Virus record (IMG/VR): IMGVR_UViG_3300020429_000539
Location: 268,263 to 332,262 of that record
Direction: 5' to 3' (one strand)
Source: a virus
Lineage: Duplodnaviria > Heunggongvirae > Uroviricota > Caudoviricetes
DNA: 64,000 nt
Shown: positions 1 through 10,084 of the stretch, in pieces
Layout: each line of letters starts with the position of its first letter
Numbering within the stretch: the first letter of the stretch is position 1
Notes under the pieces: model-generated
Told to the model about the DNA's origin: nothing
Databases searched by the model: none
What the model saw: only the letters and a program-made list of their open reading frames with translations
Position numbers and translations under genes: made by a program

Positions 1-335
1 GCAATACTCTCTATATTCAATACAGGACAGGATTGTCTATAGCTCCGCCACCTGGATACCATACTGAGATATTCCCGAGGTCAAGTATTAGCAAGACTCA
101 TTTAATGCTTGCAAATAGCATCGGACTAATAGATGAAGGGTATAGAGGGGAAATTCTTGTAAGATTCAAGGTTATTCCATCGAATATGGGAGCATCGCTA
201 GTGAAGCGATATCAAGCTGGCGATCGGATAGCACAGTTAGTTATTCGCAAAACTGAGAAAGCCAGCTTTGAACTCGTAGAAGAACTCGATGATACATCAA
301 GAGGAGATGGAGGCTTCGGTTCTTCAGGAACATAA
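1..335 (+). CDS. dut: dUTPase (trimeric), 5'-truncated by the window edge
   Basis: Frame open from position 3 (NTLYIQYRTGLSIAPPPGY). Motifs PRSS, GLIDEGYRGE, GDRIAQL and C-terminal RGDGGFGSSG. Confidence 0.96.
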   Translation, partial: NTLYIQYRTGLSIAPPPGYHTEIFPRSSISKTHLMLANSIGLIDEGYRGEILVRFKVIPSNMGASLVKRYQAGDRIAQLVIRKTEKASFELVEELDDTSRGDGGFGSSGT

Positions 336-347
336 TGAGCTTTGTAA

Positions 348-2126
348 ATGGCGGATTTTGGACCAGAACATATAATCGTTGTATATAGAGATACTGACAG
401 CGAAAGCTTAGAGTTTGCAGAGCGGTATCAAGAAATACACGGGTTAGCTGACGAGCAGTTGGTTGCTGTACCATGCTCAAGTCGAGAAGTTCTTGATACG
501 TATACGGATTTTCAGACTGAAGTAGAGAATCCGCTCAAGAGCGCTTTGTCGGATTCTGGTTCAGACCTTCTTGATAGAACTGTCTATGCGTTTGTCTTGA
601 TGCCTCGTGTTCCTGGTGGCTTTAGGGCAAATGATGAGGTTATATCTTCTACTTCTAGGTTATCAAGGCTTTATAGCTCATTTGAACCTGGTCTAAATAA
701 TCCGCTTTATGATCCAAAAGTGTTTCGTCGGTATCAAGAATCAGATAACGATATCGCATATATTTGTTCGCGCTTTGACACTCCACAGGCCGCAATAACT
801 AGAAACTGGTTTGATAATACACAGAGAGCTATTGACCAACTGTTTGTATCTGGTAAGTTTTTCATGGACTCGTATGCCGCTATTTTTGCCAGCGGAGCCG
901 AACAATACGAGCAAGAGCTTGTAAGTTTTGAAACGGGCTTCATGAATAGGCTGGGTATTGATACAAGAACAACAGTTAGAGTTGATCCCTACGTAGACCC
1001 TATCATACCAAAACTTGATGATGATTCATTTTACTGGGGCTGGGGAACCGAAGAGGGCAGCCTTACATTCTTCGGGACATCTACAAACATACGAGGCTTC
1101 TTTTATAACGCTGATTTTACCGGCGCAGAGACTATGCGAAATATTGATGCTCGTAACTGGCCCTTACTTGCTATTCGGCAGGGGTATGTTGCTACCGCAG
1201 GCGCTATGTCAAATATGAGTATCGATGCCTTTTTAAGACCATTCCCTCTATTCAATGCGCTGTTCAGAGGCGCACGGATGGGAGAGGCTATGTTATATGC
1301 TCAACCTAAGTTTGACACTCCTATGGCTATGTTTGGCGACCCTTTGCTTCAGTATACCTTTCCTCTTGCGGTCGAAAGCACTACTTTTGTTGATGAAGAT
1401 GTTGCATGGATGAGAGCCGCAGACTGTTGCGCTCAATCTGTAATAACAATGTTCCGTAAGAGCAATATCCTTATGGATATGCGCAACGATTTTCTCTCAG
1501 GAGACGACGTAGATGTTCAGCTTGAGCTAAGCCGACTTGCAAATAGGCTCGGCAAGACATACGAAGACCCGAGTTGGCGAAATGACTATATCAACCTCGT
1601 GAGAGCATTTTTTGATATTGTCGTTCAAAGAAACAAGACGTTCTACCCCGCACATTATCCTACTCTAAATGATTATCTAGATGAAACCGATGGTGTTATA
1701 CCTGAAATTATACTTGATGTTTTGAATGATGAGATTTTCAAAGCAACCATTTCAGAAGAGCATCTATATGAAGAAGGAACATGGGAGTTTGAGTTCGATC
1801 TTGAGCATCCTAACGAAGAAGACTTTGCTTTTTATCAGTTTGAGTTAGATATTTCTACTGACATCGATTTTGATGAAAGCGATATTGTATTGAGCAAAAG
1901 AAGCGAGGATTCTGTTCGCGGCTGGTTCCGTCAAAACGAAGATGATGTCTATGAGCAAATGAATATCAATGGTGTGACATCCAATTTTGTTGGTAAAAAT
2001 GTAAAATATGTAAACCAGCCAGGCGAAAAACTTGAAAGGGGAAAGTTCTATTATTTTCGAATAAGACAGAAAGACCAGTTGACGACGTATGATTATAGAA
2101 CTTTCAGAGAAGTCATATACAGATGA
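348..2126 (+). CDS. TIGR03790-like protein with C-terminal beta-rich extension
   Basis: N-terminus PEHIIVVYRDTDSESLEFAERYQEIHGL and GARMGEAMLYAQP...FGDPL resemble the TIGR03790 family, recognised by eye. Confidence 0.65.
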   Translation: MADFGPEHIIVVYRDTDSESLEFAERYQEIHGLADEQLVAVPCSSREVLDTYTDFQTEVENPLKSALSDSGSDLLDRTVYAFVLMPRVPGGFRANDEVISSTSRLSRLYSSFEPGLNNPLYDPKVFRRYQESDNDIAYICSRFDTPQAAITRNWFDNTQRAIDQLFVSGKFFMDSYAAIFASGAEQYEQELVSFETGFMNRLGIDTRTTVRVDPYVDPIIPKLDDDSFYWGWGTEEGSLTFFGTSTNIRGFFYNADFTGAETMRNIDARNWPLLAIRQGYVATAGAMSNMSIDAFLRPFPLFNALFRGARMGEAMLYAQPKFDTPMAMFGDPLLQYTFPLAVESTTFVDEDVAWMRAADCCAQSVITMFRKSNILMDMRNDFLSGDDVDVQLELSRLANRLGKTYEDPSWRNDYINLVRAFFDIVVQRNKTFYPAHYPTLNDYLDETDGVIPEIILDVLNDEIFKATISEEHLYEEGTWEFEFDLEHPNEEDFAFYQFELDISTDIDFDESDIVLSKRSEDSVRGWFRQNEDDVYEQMNINGVTSNFVGKNVKYVNQPGEKLERGKFYYFRIRQKDQLTTYDYRTFREVIYR

Positions 2127-2590
2127 TAGGCACAAAGAACTACAGGACAGTATCGGAAACCATTTCTGAATCGCAAGATTTAGCAGGAGATGCTCTAGAC
2201 AAGCTTTTATGCATGAGAGGTCATATTGTTTCTTCAGAAATTAACCAATACAATCAGTATAGAAGACGGTTGCTAAATACATTAGACGGCACGTATAATT
2301 ACATAGCTGCTAGACACTTCAACCTAAGCCGACAAGTGCAAAACTTTGTAAAAGGTTTGCAACAACACGTTTTGGATAAATATGGTACAGAGTTTGGATA
2401 CTCCACGCTAGATGAGTTTTTGCAAGGACAGTATATCCAGGTTCCACAAACATTTGCAACCATATCTAACTTTTTGGGATACCCGATTACGGAAGTTGGA
2501 GACAAGGCAGCAAACTGGGAAGATTTAGACAACGTGGATTGGAACGAGCTTGATTTGCGATGGGACCGAATAGGATGGGACAATTTATGA
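2123..2590 (+). CDS. Hypothetical virion protein, paralogue of 55127..55498
   Basis: 155-aa ORF with ATGA overlap. Shares NYxT, HV, YxTLDxxL, VPQxxAT and GYxI with the 55127 product. Confidence 0.7.
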   Translation: MIGTKNYRTVSETISESQDLAGDALDKLLCMRGHIVSSEINQYNQYRRRLLNTLDGTYNYIAARHFNLSRQVQNFVKGLQQHVLDKYGTEFGYSTLDEFLQGQYIQVPQTFATISNFLGYPITEVGDKAANWEDLDNVDWNELDLRWDRIGWDNL

Positions 2591-2602
2591 TGGAGACTGC
2601 AT

Positions 2603-3142
2603 ATGCCCGCTGATATTTCAGAAAGTACGCCAGCAGAGACTTATAAGGATTTGCTGCACCTAAACAATAGCGGCAATGGCGCTGATACGACGTTGCGCGC
2701 ATTATATGATGGCGACGGAAACGCTACTCCATTGCAGCTATCAACAAACAAGGTTGCCTTCGACGCAGGCGATGGCGTTCTTGATAATGTAGTTCTGACA
2801 GATGTAAAGCAGACCTATAACGACAAAGGTGGCATCAATACGGCAACAGTCGATTTTGATCTGAGCGAAGGTAATGTCCAGAAGATGACTATAGACACAA
2901 ACATTACTAGTATCACCTTTTCAGGCACTCCAACTTCCGGAGACGCCTATGAACTAACCCTAATCGTGGAACAAGGCTCAGGTGGCGCGAATACAATAAC
3001 ATGGGGCGGCTCTATTCTTTGGAGCGGAGGAAGTTCCCCAACCGTGACAGCCAGTCTTGGTGCTATTGACATTTTCAAGATGTTCTCTACTGATGGTGGC
3101 ACTACCTGGTACGCATGGACGTTAGGACAGGATTTTAGCTAA
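2603..3142 (+). CDS. Putative virion structural / fibre-tip-like beta protein
   Basis: GGAG RBS. G/S/T-rich. C-terminal ELTLIVEQGSGGANTITW...DIFKMFSTDGGTTWY module is typical of phage fibre ends. Confidence 0.6.
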   Translation: MPADISESTPAETYKDLLHLNNSGNGADTTLRALYDGDGNATPLQLSTNKVAFDAGDGVLDNVVLTDVKQTYNDKGGINTATVDFDLSEGNVQKMTIDTNITSITFSGTPTSGDAYELTLIVEQGSGGANTITWGGSILWSGGSSPTVTASLGAIDIFKMFSTDGGTTWYAWTLGQDFS

Positions 3143-5073
3143 TGCCACCTAGGAAAAAAGATACTAAGTCGAAGCAATCTGATTTTACAGAGCTTTTACG
3201 GACTCTCAAGAATGAAGTCAAGGCAGATAATGTTCGTCGTAAGTTTGGCGGCAAACTACCTGATATTATTGAGTTCGTAGAAGGCGAAAAATGGCTAGGT
3301 TTTCCTTTTTATACAAACCCAATTTATCTCTATCCTATGCAGAAGATTCTGCTTAAATGCTTTTATCGGGGTTCTCCTGGTAATGAAAACCTAAAGCTAA
3401 CCGAAGAAGAAACTCGTCTTATCAAAGACTATGGATTGACGGATATTGAGAACGGAAATCTGCTCGAAAAGTGGAATAATAATGAAACATTCCGCGAACT
3501 CGTGCTTGTTTGGGGTCGTCGTAGTGGAAAAGACTTCATCGTGTCTATTATGGCCCTTTACGAGGCTATGAGGCTGCTTGAGACGCCTGGTGGAAATCCG
3601 TATGCCACATACAATCTTGGTCAAGCTGCTCCGATTACGATTCTAACAATCGCTAATGCCATGCAGCAGGCGAAAATTCTCTTCCGTGAGATGAAAGAGA
3701 AGATTCAGATGAGTCCCTACTTTGAAGATAAAGTAGGCAAGATTACTGATGACAGAATCTACCTCCTTACTCCGCATGATAAAGAAGGTAACAAAAAACA
3801 GGCCGAAAGAGGCCTTCCCATGCATCACGGTTCGATTCAGATCGTGGCGGGCCACTCAAACTCAAACTCGCTAGTTGGTCTTTCGTGTTTTGCTATTCTG
3901 TTCGACGAGATTGGTACATACAAAAATACCGCAGGTTCGTCGGGCGGCGACCAGCTTTATCACAACCTTGTTCCCGCAACAAAGACTTACGTCCGTAGAG
4001 AGCCAGTTCTTGATGAAAACGGTAACGAGAAAAAGAACGCCAAGGGCGAGATTGAGATGAAATCGGTTATCGATGGCCGCGTTATCTGCATATCGACGCC
4101 CCGTGGTAAGGAAGGCATTTTCTATGAGCTATACAAGAACGCCGAGAACGTAGACCACCGTTTCATGATGCGGGCACCGACATGGGTTGTCAATCCAAAC
4201 CTTCCTAAGCATCTTTTGCTCGCCGAATCTCCTGACATGAACGATATGAAGTTTGCGATGGAGTATGGTGGCGAGTTCTTTGGCACGGCTGGCGAATCAT
4301 TCTTCAGCCCCGATGACGTAGACCGTGTATTCCGTAATCATCATTTGCCATTCGTAAACCATGGTGTGCCGGGCATAACCTACTTTGCTCACTTAGATCC
4401 TGCTACATCGAGTCACAACTATGCTCTCGTCATAACTCATCAAGAGCAAAGACTTGATAGAGAGACAAATAAAAGAGACTATGTTGTTATTGTGGACCAT
4501 ATTATGTATTGGTCTCCAACGCCTGATAAGATGATTGTCGTCGATGAGGTTGATGAATATGTCATCGAACTCAACAAGAGATTCCACTTTGGCGAGGTTA
4601 CGTATGACCACTGGAACAGTAAGGCAAGTATACAAAAACTTAGAAAACATGGTATACCTGCACGTATGACCCCCTATACAAGACAGTATAAGCAAGAAAT
4701 ATATGATAACTTATTTCAGCTAACTATTTCAAAAAGGCTATTGTGTCCAAGACATAAGCTTCTAGAGACAGAAATGAAAAACTTGCAGAGAAAATGGCAG
4801 GGTAATAGCTTTAAAGTCATGCCAAAACCAGATGGCGATTGCACTACTGATGATATTGTTGATGCTCTTGCTGGCGCATGTTTTAATGTCCGAGGTAAGG
4901 CTACACAGGGTTTACCACAAGGAAAATTGATATCAATGCCAGTATCACCACAAGGAAACAATATTGCATGGAGGTCAATGCAAGGCACGCCTTATGGGGT
5001 AGGCTCAGGCCAGCATGTGATGAATGAATTAGGTAAGAAAACGAGGGTTCACCCCCTATGGCATAGGAAATAA
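3142..5073 (+). CDS. terL: Terminase large subunit
   Basis: Q-motif LYPMQK, Walker A WGRRSGKD, Walker B ILFDEIG, coupling motif ISTPRG, RNase H-like nuclease HLDPATS ... DDIVDALAG. Confidence 0.93.
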   Translation: MPPRKKDTKSKQSDFTELLRTLKNEVKADNVRRKFGGKLPDIIEFVEGEKWLGFPFYTNPIYLYPMQKILLKCFYRGSPGNENLKLTEEETRLIKDYGLTDIENGNLLEKWNNNETFRELVLVWGRRSGKDFIVSIMALYEAMRLLETPGGNPYATYNLGQAAPITILTIANAMQQAKILFREMKEKIQMSPYFEDKVGKITDDRIYLLTPHDKEGNKKQAERGLPMHHGSIQIVAGHSNSNSLVGLSCFAILFDEIGTYKNTAGSSGGDQLYHNLVPATKTYVRREPVLDENGNEKKNAKGEIEMKSVIDGRVICISTPRGKEGIFYELYKNAENVDHRFMMRAPTWVVNPNLPKHLLLAESPDMNDMKFAMEYGGEFFGTAGESFFSPDDVDRVFRNHHLPFVNHGVPGITYFAHLDPATSSHNYALVITHQEQRLDRETNKRDYVVIVDHIMYWSPTPDKMIVVDEVDEYVIELNKRFHFGEVTYDHWNSKASIQKLRKHGIPARMTPYTRQYKQEIYDNLFQLTISKRLLCPRHKLLETEMKNLQRKWQGNSFKVMPKPDGDCTTDDIVDALAGACFNVRGKATQGLPQGKLISMPVSPQGNNIAWRSMQGTPYGVGSGQHVMNELGKKTRVHPLWHRK

Positions 5074-5082
5074 GGAGCAGTC

Positions 5083-5841
5083 ATGTCTTTCAACCTGAAA
5101 AATAACAAGAAAGTTGCTCAGAACAAGCCTTACCCAAAAAGACTTGTCGATCAACAGGAAGAACTGGGTGAATCCATAGGCTCAGATACGGATTCATACC
5201 AAGGAATACTAGGAGACACGCGAGGCGAAGGGCAGGGGGAGAATCTTGATATCGTCATGGAGGGACAGATGTCTTCGAATGCTCTTGGTTCTCATACAAA
5301 CGACAATTCTCAGCCTGTAACAACCGAGGGACAGATGTCGGCTGCGAAAGATAGTTACATCCCTCATAGAGATCCAAACGTGGACGACCATGTTATGAAG
5401 CCCATGGATGCACTTGCGGAGGCCCATCATCAGAAATATCGACAGGCTTATTTAGCAATAGACGATGATGGCGAGACTGAGTTCTGGGATAAACAGCTTG
5501 GTGTTCAGCAGCATCGCGATTATCCAAAGAAGACTACTGCCGATCCTGCTGCTGCAAGCCAGCTTTCAAATCGCCCAGAAAGATTTGAGAGCCTAGCCTC
5601 TCAGCCAACAGAGGTTGATGTGGATACAAACGCCGCGAACGCGGACAAAAAGGATAAAGTGAAGAAACTACAAGCAGCATCTATCAAAGACATCGACAAG
5701 GCTTTGTTCGATATCTTCTACAAAGCTGCCTCGGAAGAGCGAGAGCTTACGGATGACGAAGCGGACGATGTTATCGAGATGTCGCATGTCAAGGCATCAA
5801 TGCTGTCAGAAATTCAGAAAATATCAGAAAAGGAAGAATGA
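5083..5841 (+). CDS. Hypothetical acidic head-associated protein
   Basis: TAAGGAG RBS. Starts MSFNLKNNKKVAQ. EGQM repeated twice. Confidence 0.75.
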   Translation: MSFNLKNNKKVAQNKPYPKRLVDQQEELGESIGSDTDSYQGILGDTRGEGQGENLDIVMEGQMSSNALGSHTNDNSQPVTTEGQMSAAKDSYIPHRDPNVDDHVMKPMDALAEAHHQKYRQAYLAIDDDGETEFWDKQLGVQQHRDYPKKTTADPAAASQLSNRPERFESLASQPTEVDVDTNAANADKKDKVKKLQAASIKDIDKALFDIFYKAASEERELTDDEADDVIEMSHVKASMLSEIQKISEKEE

Positions 5842-6431
5842 ATTTCAACCTAAGCCATTACAAGGAAGCTCGTAGAGGCTCGGAGCCTCCGCAGGTTTTT
5901 ACGCGCCCATACTTTCGTCAAGAGAGAGACGTATACGATACGGTTCATTCTCCAAACGACGGGAAAGGCGACAAGTTAACAACTCCTGGTAGCGAAGGAT
6001 TGCCCGGACAACCAGGAGATATGTCTGCTCCTGCATTTGGGACAAGGGGGCGTGATGGGTCTCCTGAGCCTGATGATTTTTCTGAGTTTAGTTCTCGCAA
6101 CGACAGAGACACTCGCGATCCTAATAAGAAGCTTCCCAGAGATACGGACCCTCCCAATCCGTTTGCTTCTGATTTTCTTGGCAGTCAAGATACCCAATAT
6201 GGACAAGGCCAGGACACTGACTATGGGCAGGCGCAACACGACGGAACGAACCGGGTTAGATCCGACTCGGCTCTGAGCATGGAAAACACCGTGCAGAGGC
6301 AACTTGGAGAGTCAGGAGAGCTTGACCGAAAGCCTTCAATTACAAACATGCCATCGAACGGAAGTTATAACTCGTTGCTAGAAAATGACGATACACCACT
6401 AGGACGCATCCGAAGAATTCAGAGGAGATAA
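5838..6431 (+). CDS. Hypothetical disordered head-associated protein
   Basis: Starts MNFNLSHYKEARR. P/G/D/Q-rich. Confidence 0.7.
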   Translation: MNFNLSHYKEARRGSEPPQVFTRPYFRQERDVYDTVHSPNDGKGDKLTTPGSEGLPGQPGDMSAPAFGTRGRDGSPEPDDFSEFSSRNDRDTRDPNKKLPRDTDPPNPFASDFLGSQDTQYGQGQDTDYGQAQHDGTNRVRSDSALSMENTVQRQLGESGELDRKPSITNMPSNGSYNSLLENDDTPLGRIRRIQRR

Positions 6432-6433
6432 AT

Positions 6434-7270
6434 ATGAAGCTCAAAGTTACAAAAAAAGCAGGTGGCGAACTGTTTATTCGTGCAGTTGGACGAACCTACA
6501 AGGTTGGTGCCACCATTAAGATGACCTCCGAACAGTATCTTGATTCAACCACTCAAGCCGCTATTCGTAATGGTTTTTTGGAGTTGCTCGAAGGTCAAAC
6601 AGAAAAGAAACCAGATGGAGTTTTCTATGTGAATGTTCATCGCAACGAACTATCTTTTCAGTCTCTTGAGATAACTGTCCCCAAGGGAGCCCGTTTCTTT
6701 GTCCCAACAGAACACGTAGAGGACATGGAAATCGTGATTGCTCATGGCAACGGTCATATTGAGCTAGCCGAAGAAATTGATGCCAAGATTGCTGAAGCAG
6801 AAAAGGCAAGAGAGCAGTCAAAAGCCGACGCCGAAGAACCTAAGAAAACCACAAAGAGAGTAACTAAGAAAAAGTCAACCAAGAAGGCTTCTAAGAAAAC
6901 AACTAATAAAGAAGCTTCTGCAAAGAAAACTAAGACAATCAAACGGTTGTCAGAAGAAGCTCCACAGTCTATTGACCCCAATGAGGGGCAGTCCGAGACT
7001 CATCTGCCAGAAGCAAAGAAAGTAGAAGCGCCAGAGGGAATGTATGCTCATGACCCAACCGGCGAAGGTATGACTGTAAGAACGTCAGAGAAGCCAAAGT
7101 CTAGCCCTAAGACTGAGATGAAGAAATCGCAAGAGGGCTTTGATGATTTGTTCGTAGATGATTCTCAAGAAAATCTTGAACCAGTTACTTTTGTGGACCA
7201 AGAACAGGACCGAGAGAGGTATGCTCAGCTTCGTGGCGAAGAGATGCCTAATAACGATGAGGTCAGCTAA
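6434..7270 (+). CDS. Hypothetical protein with two N-terminal beta modules and a Lys-rich linker
   Basis: GAGGAG RBS. KKTTKRVTKKKSTKK basic tract and acidic tail. Confidence 0.75.
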   Translation: MKLKVTKKAGGELFIRAVGRTYKVGATIKMTSEQYLDSTTQAAIRNGFLELLEGQTEKKPDGVFYVNVHRNELSFQSLEITVPKGARFFVPTEHVEDMEIVIAHGNGHIELAEEIDAKIAEAEKAREQSKADAEEPKKTTKRVTKKKSTKKASKKTTNKEASAKKTKTIKRLSEEAPQSIDPNEGQSETHLPEAKKVEAPEGMYAHDPTGEGMTVRTSEKPKSSPKTEMKKSQEGFDDLFVDDSQENLEPVTFVDQEQDRERYAQLRGEEMPNNDEVS

Positions 7271-7272
7271 CC

Positions 7273-8001
7273 ATGTTAGATGTTATCCTGAAAGAACTTG
7301 CAGTGTTTGGTATAACCGTTCAAGACGGAACCTATACTATGCGCGGCAAGTCTATGCAGGGTAAAGAACTTATCGAGACTCTAGAAAGCAAAATCAAGAG
7401 AAATAAGAAACTGCTCTGGGCCATGTGGCACGAAGTTTGTTCTGAACTTCGAAGCGAGACTGAAAACTCGATGCCTGCTGATTCTTTGAGGAACTTATTC
7501 GTTCCTGCCATAAGAAGTTTGTATGAGATATGTTGTTATTTTGATGAACTTGATTCAAATGGCGTAGCCAAAAAGCTTAGGGAGTCTTTGGATAGGGATG
7601 TTGAATCATTTTCAGGTTTAACAATGTCTCGCATCATTGATTATTCCATAGGCATTCAGTGGCTAACTCATCTTGTCCGTAGGGATATGTATATTTCGCA
7701 TCTTGTTCTTAGACTACAAGAACCTAAGAAGGCTGTTGCGGTCGGCGTTTCCGGTCCTTGGTCTAGAACGGATATTCCTATGAGAGAAAGAGTCTTTCAG
7801 TGGTCAGAGATTGCGGAGGAAACGGCTGGTCGAAGTCGTGATAAGCGACATCAGCGGAGATATCGCATGGGTCTAGAACAATATAAAGACCCATGGCCCA
7901 ATGAAGGTTTTTATTGGAGAGAGATACGTAACGAGCCGTTTAGCTTTAGCGATAGTTCCGCAAACCCATACCCACACCGAAACGTACTTTGGAGGTCATA
8001 A
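7273..8001 (+). CDS. Hypothetical protein
   Basis: 242-aa ORF packed between neighbours. Confidence 0.7.
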   Translation: MLDVILKELAVFGITVQDGTYTMRGKSMQGKELIETLESKIKRNKKLLWAMWHEVCSELRSETENSMPADSLRNLFVPAIRSLYEICCYFDELDSNGVAKKLRESLDRDVESFSGLTMSRIIDYSIGIQWLTHLVRRDMYISHLVLRLQEPKKAVAVGVSGPWSRTDIPMRERVFQWSEIAEETAGRSRDKRHQRRYRMGLEQYKDPWPNEGFYWREIRNEPFSFSDSSANPYPHRNVLWRS

Positions 8002-8510
8002 TGACTAAGCAAATAACAAAAGAGGCGCAGCAATCTTTATTCGATTTTCTTGTTGACCTCATGCCAGATTTACAAATCACAAGGATAAGACAGGGGCCTT
8101 CTGCTGAAGAGAAGAAACTCTTCTCCGTTTGGTCTGATACTGCGAATAAGATTACCGGCAAGAAGTTCCACCGCCCGCCGACGATGAGCGAAGTTGAGGT
8201 AGCTAAGCTTGAGAATGCTGGGCTTATTCAGGTTCAGGGTCGCAGCCTTCGCGTAACAGATAAGGGCGCTAAGGCTATACAGCAGATTATCCTCTCGGAA
8301 GAGAAATCAGTATTTGAGAAGTCATCTTCTCGCTCGGGTCATATTAAGACTGCATCATACCAAACAATGACCGATGAAGAACGGGAAGAAAGAGAAGAGG
8401 AGCTTGCTGACCATACGCCAAGCTTTGCCGAGTATGTCAACTCGCAGCATGACAATAAAGGCAAGAATCGTAAGGCATCTAATTGGTATCAGCATTTGAA
8501 AAACCAATGA
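8001..8510 (+). CDS. Hypothetical protein with possible winged-helix segment
   Basis: GGAGG RBS before ATG 8001. EVAKLENAGLIQVQGRSLRVTDKG is winged-helix-like. Contains IKTAS. Confidence 0.65.
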   Translation: MTKQITKEAQQSLFDFLVDLMPDLQITRIRQGPSAEEKKLFSVWSDTANKITGKKFHRPPTMSEVEVAKLENAGLIQVQGRSLRVTDKGAKAIQQIILSEEKSVFEKSSSRSGHIKTASYQTMTDEEREEREEELADHTPSFAEYVNSQHDNKGKNRKASNWYQHLKNQ

Positions 8511-8917
8511 AAACATATCTGATTGAGTTTACTGAAACAACTAAGCGAGTCAAAAATAGAGTTCTCAATAGACTGTATTGGTATGATTCGGTCGGTAAAA
8601 AGATGTATACCATCCTTGGTGACCAGCTTCGTTTTGAATGGAAGCCTGACTTGGGTAGGTCGGTTCCTGCTGCCGAGTGGTCGAATGAACATCAGTCATA
8701 CGTGATGAAAGAAGAAGTCTTTGGTATAGGTTACCAGCGTTCAGACAACAAAGATGATGTAAAGGAGTGGGTTGAGAATGTTGGTAAGAGATTTGGTATA
8801 GAAATCGACCAAACTGAATCGGATAACAAGGGACTTGCCATCGAGGTAGATGATTCAGTTGCTTATCAGGTCGAATACGCAATGGAGAGGCAAAACTTTA
8901 GGTTTACAGAGCTATGA
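8507..8917 (+). CDS. Hypothetical protein
   Basis: ATG 8507 overlaps the upstream stop (ATGA). Confidence 0.65.
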   Translation: MKTYLIEFTETTKRVKNRVLNRLYWYDSVGKKMYTILGDQLRFEWKPDLGRSVPAAEWSNEHQSYVMKEEVFGIGYQRSDNKDDVKEWVENVGKRFGIEIDQTESDNKGLAIEVDDSVAYQVEYAMERQNFRFTEL

Positions 8918-9132
8918 AGATAATCAAATCAAAGAGCTATGAAGACAAAATCAGAGGAGGACTTGCTGACGAGAAGAAGCCATCTGATTTTGATTCGATT
9001 GAGCTAGAGAAGGGTATCAAAGTTGAAATGGAACATACTGATAGTCGCTCAGTTGCTAAAGAGATTGCTATGGACCATTTGACTGAAGACCCTAACTACT
9101 ACAAGAAGCTGAAGAAAATAGAGAAACATTGA
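8914..9132 (+). CDS. DUF5661-like small phage protein
   Basis: GIKVEMEHT...AKEIAMDHLTEDPNYYKKL signature. Confidence 0.75.
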   Translation: MKIIKSKSYEDKIRGGLADEKKPSDFDSIELEKGIKVEMEHTDSRSVAKEIAMDHLTEDPNYYKKLKKIEKH

Positions 9133-10079
9133 TGCTCAATGACCCTCCCAAGCTATTTGTTGATGTTGCTGATACCCCTTACAAACAAGCTCAGGGGTTG
9201 ATGTTCATTAACAAACTACCTGAAAATGAGGGAATGCTTTTTGATTTTGCAAGGCAAAAAATCCTCTCTTTTTGGGGAGAGAATACCTATATACCGTTGG
9301 ATATTGCTTTTGCGGATACTGAGGGCACGATTCACGAGATTACCAATATCAAACCACTCAACCGCAAACCCGTAAGAAGCAGTGTACCATGCCGTTATGC
9401 GATAGAAGCAAATACAGGATATTTTAGAGAGAATCGCATTGATATTGGCGACAAAATTGTCATAGAAGAAGACCCTGTGAGAGGGAAGTATGTATGTTTT
9501 GCTAAAAAAAGAAGGAATGAGAAGTCAGGAGAAGGAAAAGCTAAACGGACGCAAGTCTCACAGCTACTTAGCTCGGACCCGTCTGGACAATTAGGAGATG
9601 CATACCAGCCACAGGCAGACGAAGAACAGGCACGGTCACAATATGAGTCGCTTCCGAAGTTGACGCCGCAAGACATCGGGATGGCCCTTGAGGATAACCT
9701 CGAAGAGCCTCCTCTCGAAGTTCAGCCGCCCTCAGAAGCTCCTCCACCTGACATGCCAGTCGAGCTTCCGGAGATTCCGGACAGCCCGATAGATGAAGTT
9801 CCTGATTTTGAAAACGCCTTTGACGCGACTGAATGGTCAAAGCCAACGGCACAGAATCAGTTTACCGGACACTTGATGAGGATTAGTTACACGACAAAGA
9901 GCGGAAAGAACATTATCAGAGATGTTGAGCCTCACGGAACTTTTCACGCTGAAACGACGGGTAATGAAATAATGGTAACGTTCGATAGAACTGTAGGAGA
10001 CATTCGGGCTTTTATAATCAGCAACATCACAGCTTATGCTGTTGCCGATGAAGAATTTGAACCGAAGTTTAGGGTTTAA
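9132..10079 (+). CDS. DUF192-domain protein fused to a C-terminal WYL-like domain
   Basis: N-terminal VADTPYKQAQGLMF...GMLFDF...FWGENTYIPLDIAF...YAIEANTG is DUF192. C-terminal RISYTTKSG...RDVEPHG...FDRTVGDIRAFIISNI is WYL-like. Confidence 0.75.
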   Translation: MLNDPPKLFVDVADTPYKQAQGLMFINKLPENEGMLFDFARQKILSFWGENTYIPLDIAFADTEGTIHEITNIKPLNRKPVRSSVPCRYAIEANTGYFRENRIDIGDKIVIEEDPVRGKYVCFAKKRRNEKSGEGKAKRTQVSQLLSSDPSGQLGDAYQPQADEEQARSQYESLPKLTPQDIGMALEDNLEEPPLEVQPPSEAPPPDMPVELPEIPDSPIDEVPDFENAFDATEWSKPTAQNQFTGHLMRISYTTKSGKNIIRDVEPHGTFHAETTGNEIMVTFDRTVGDIRAFIISNITAYAVADEEFEPKFRV

Positions 10080-10084
10080 TACTT

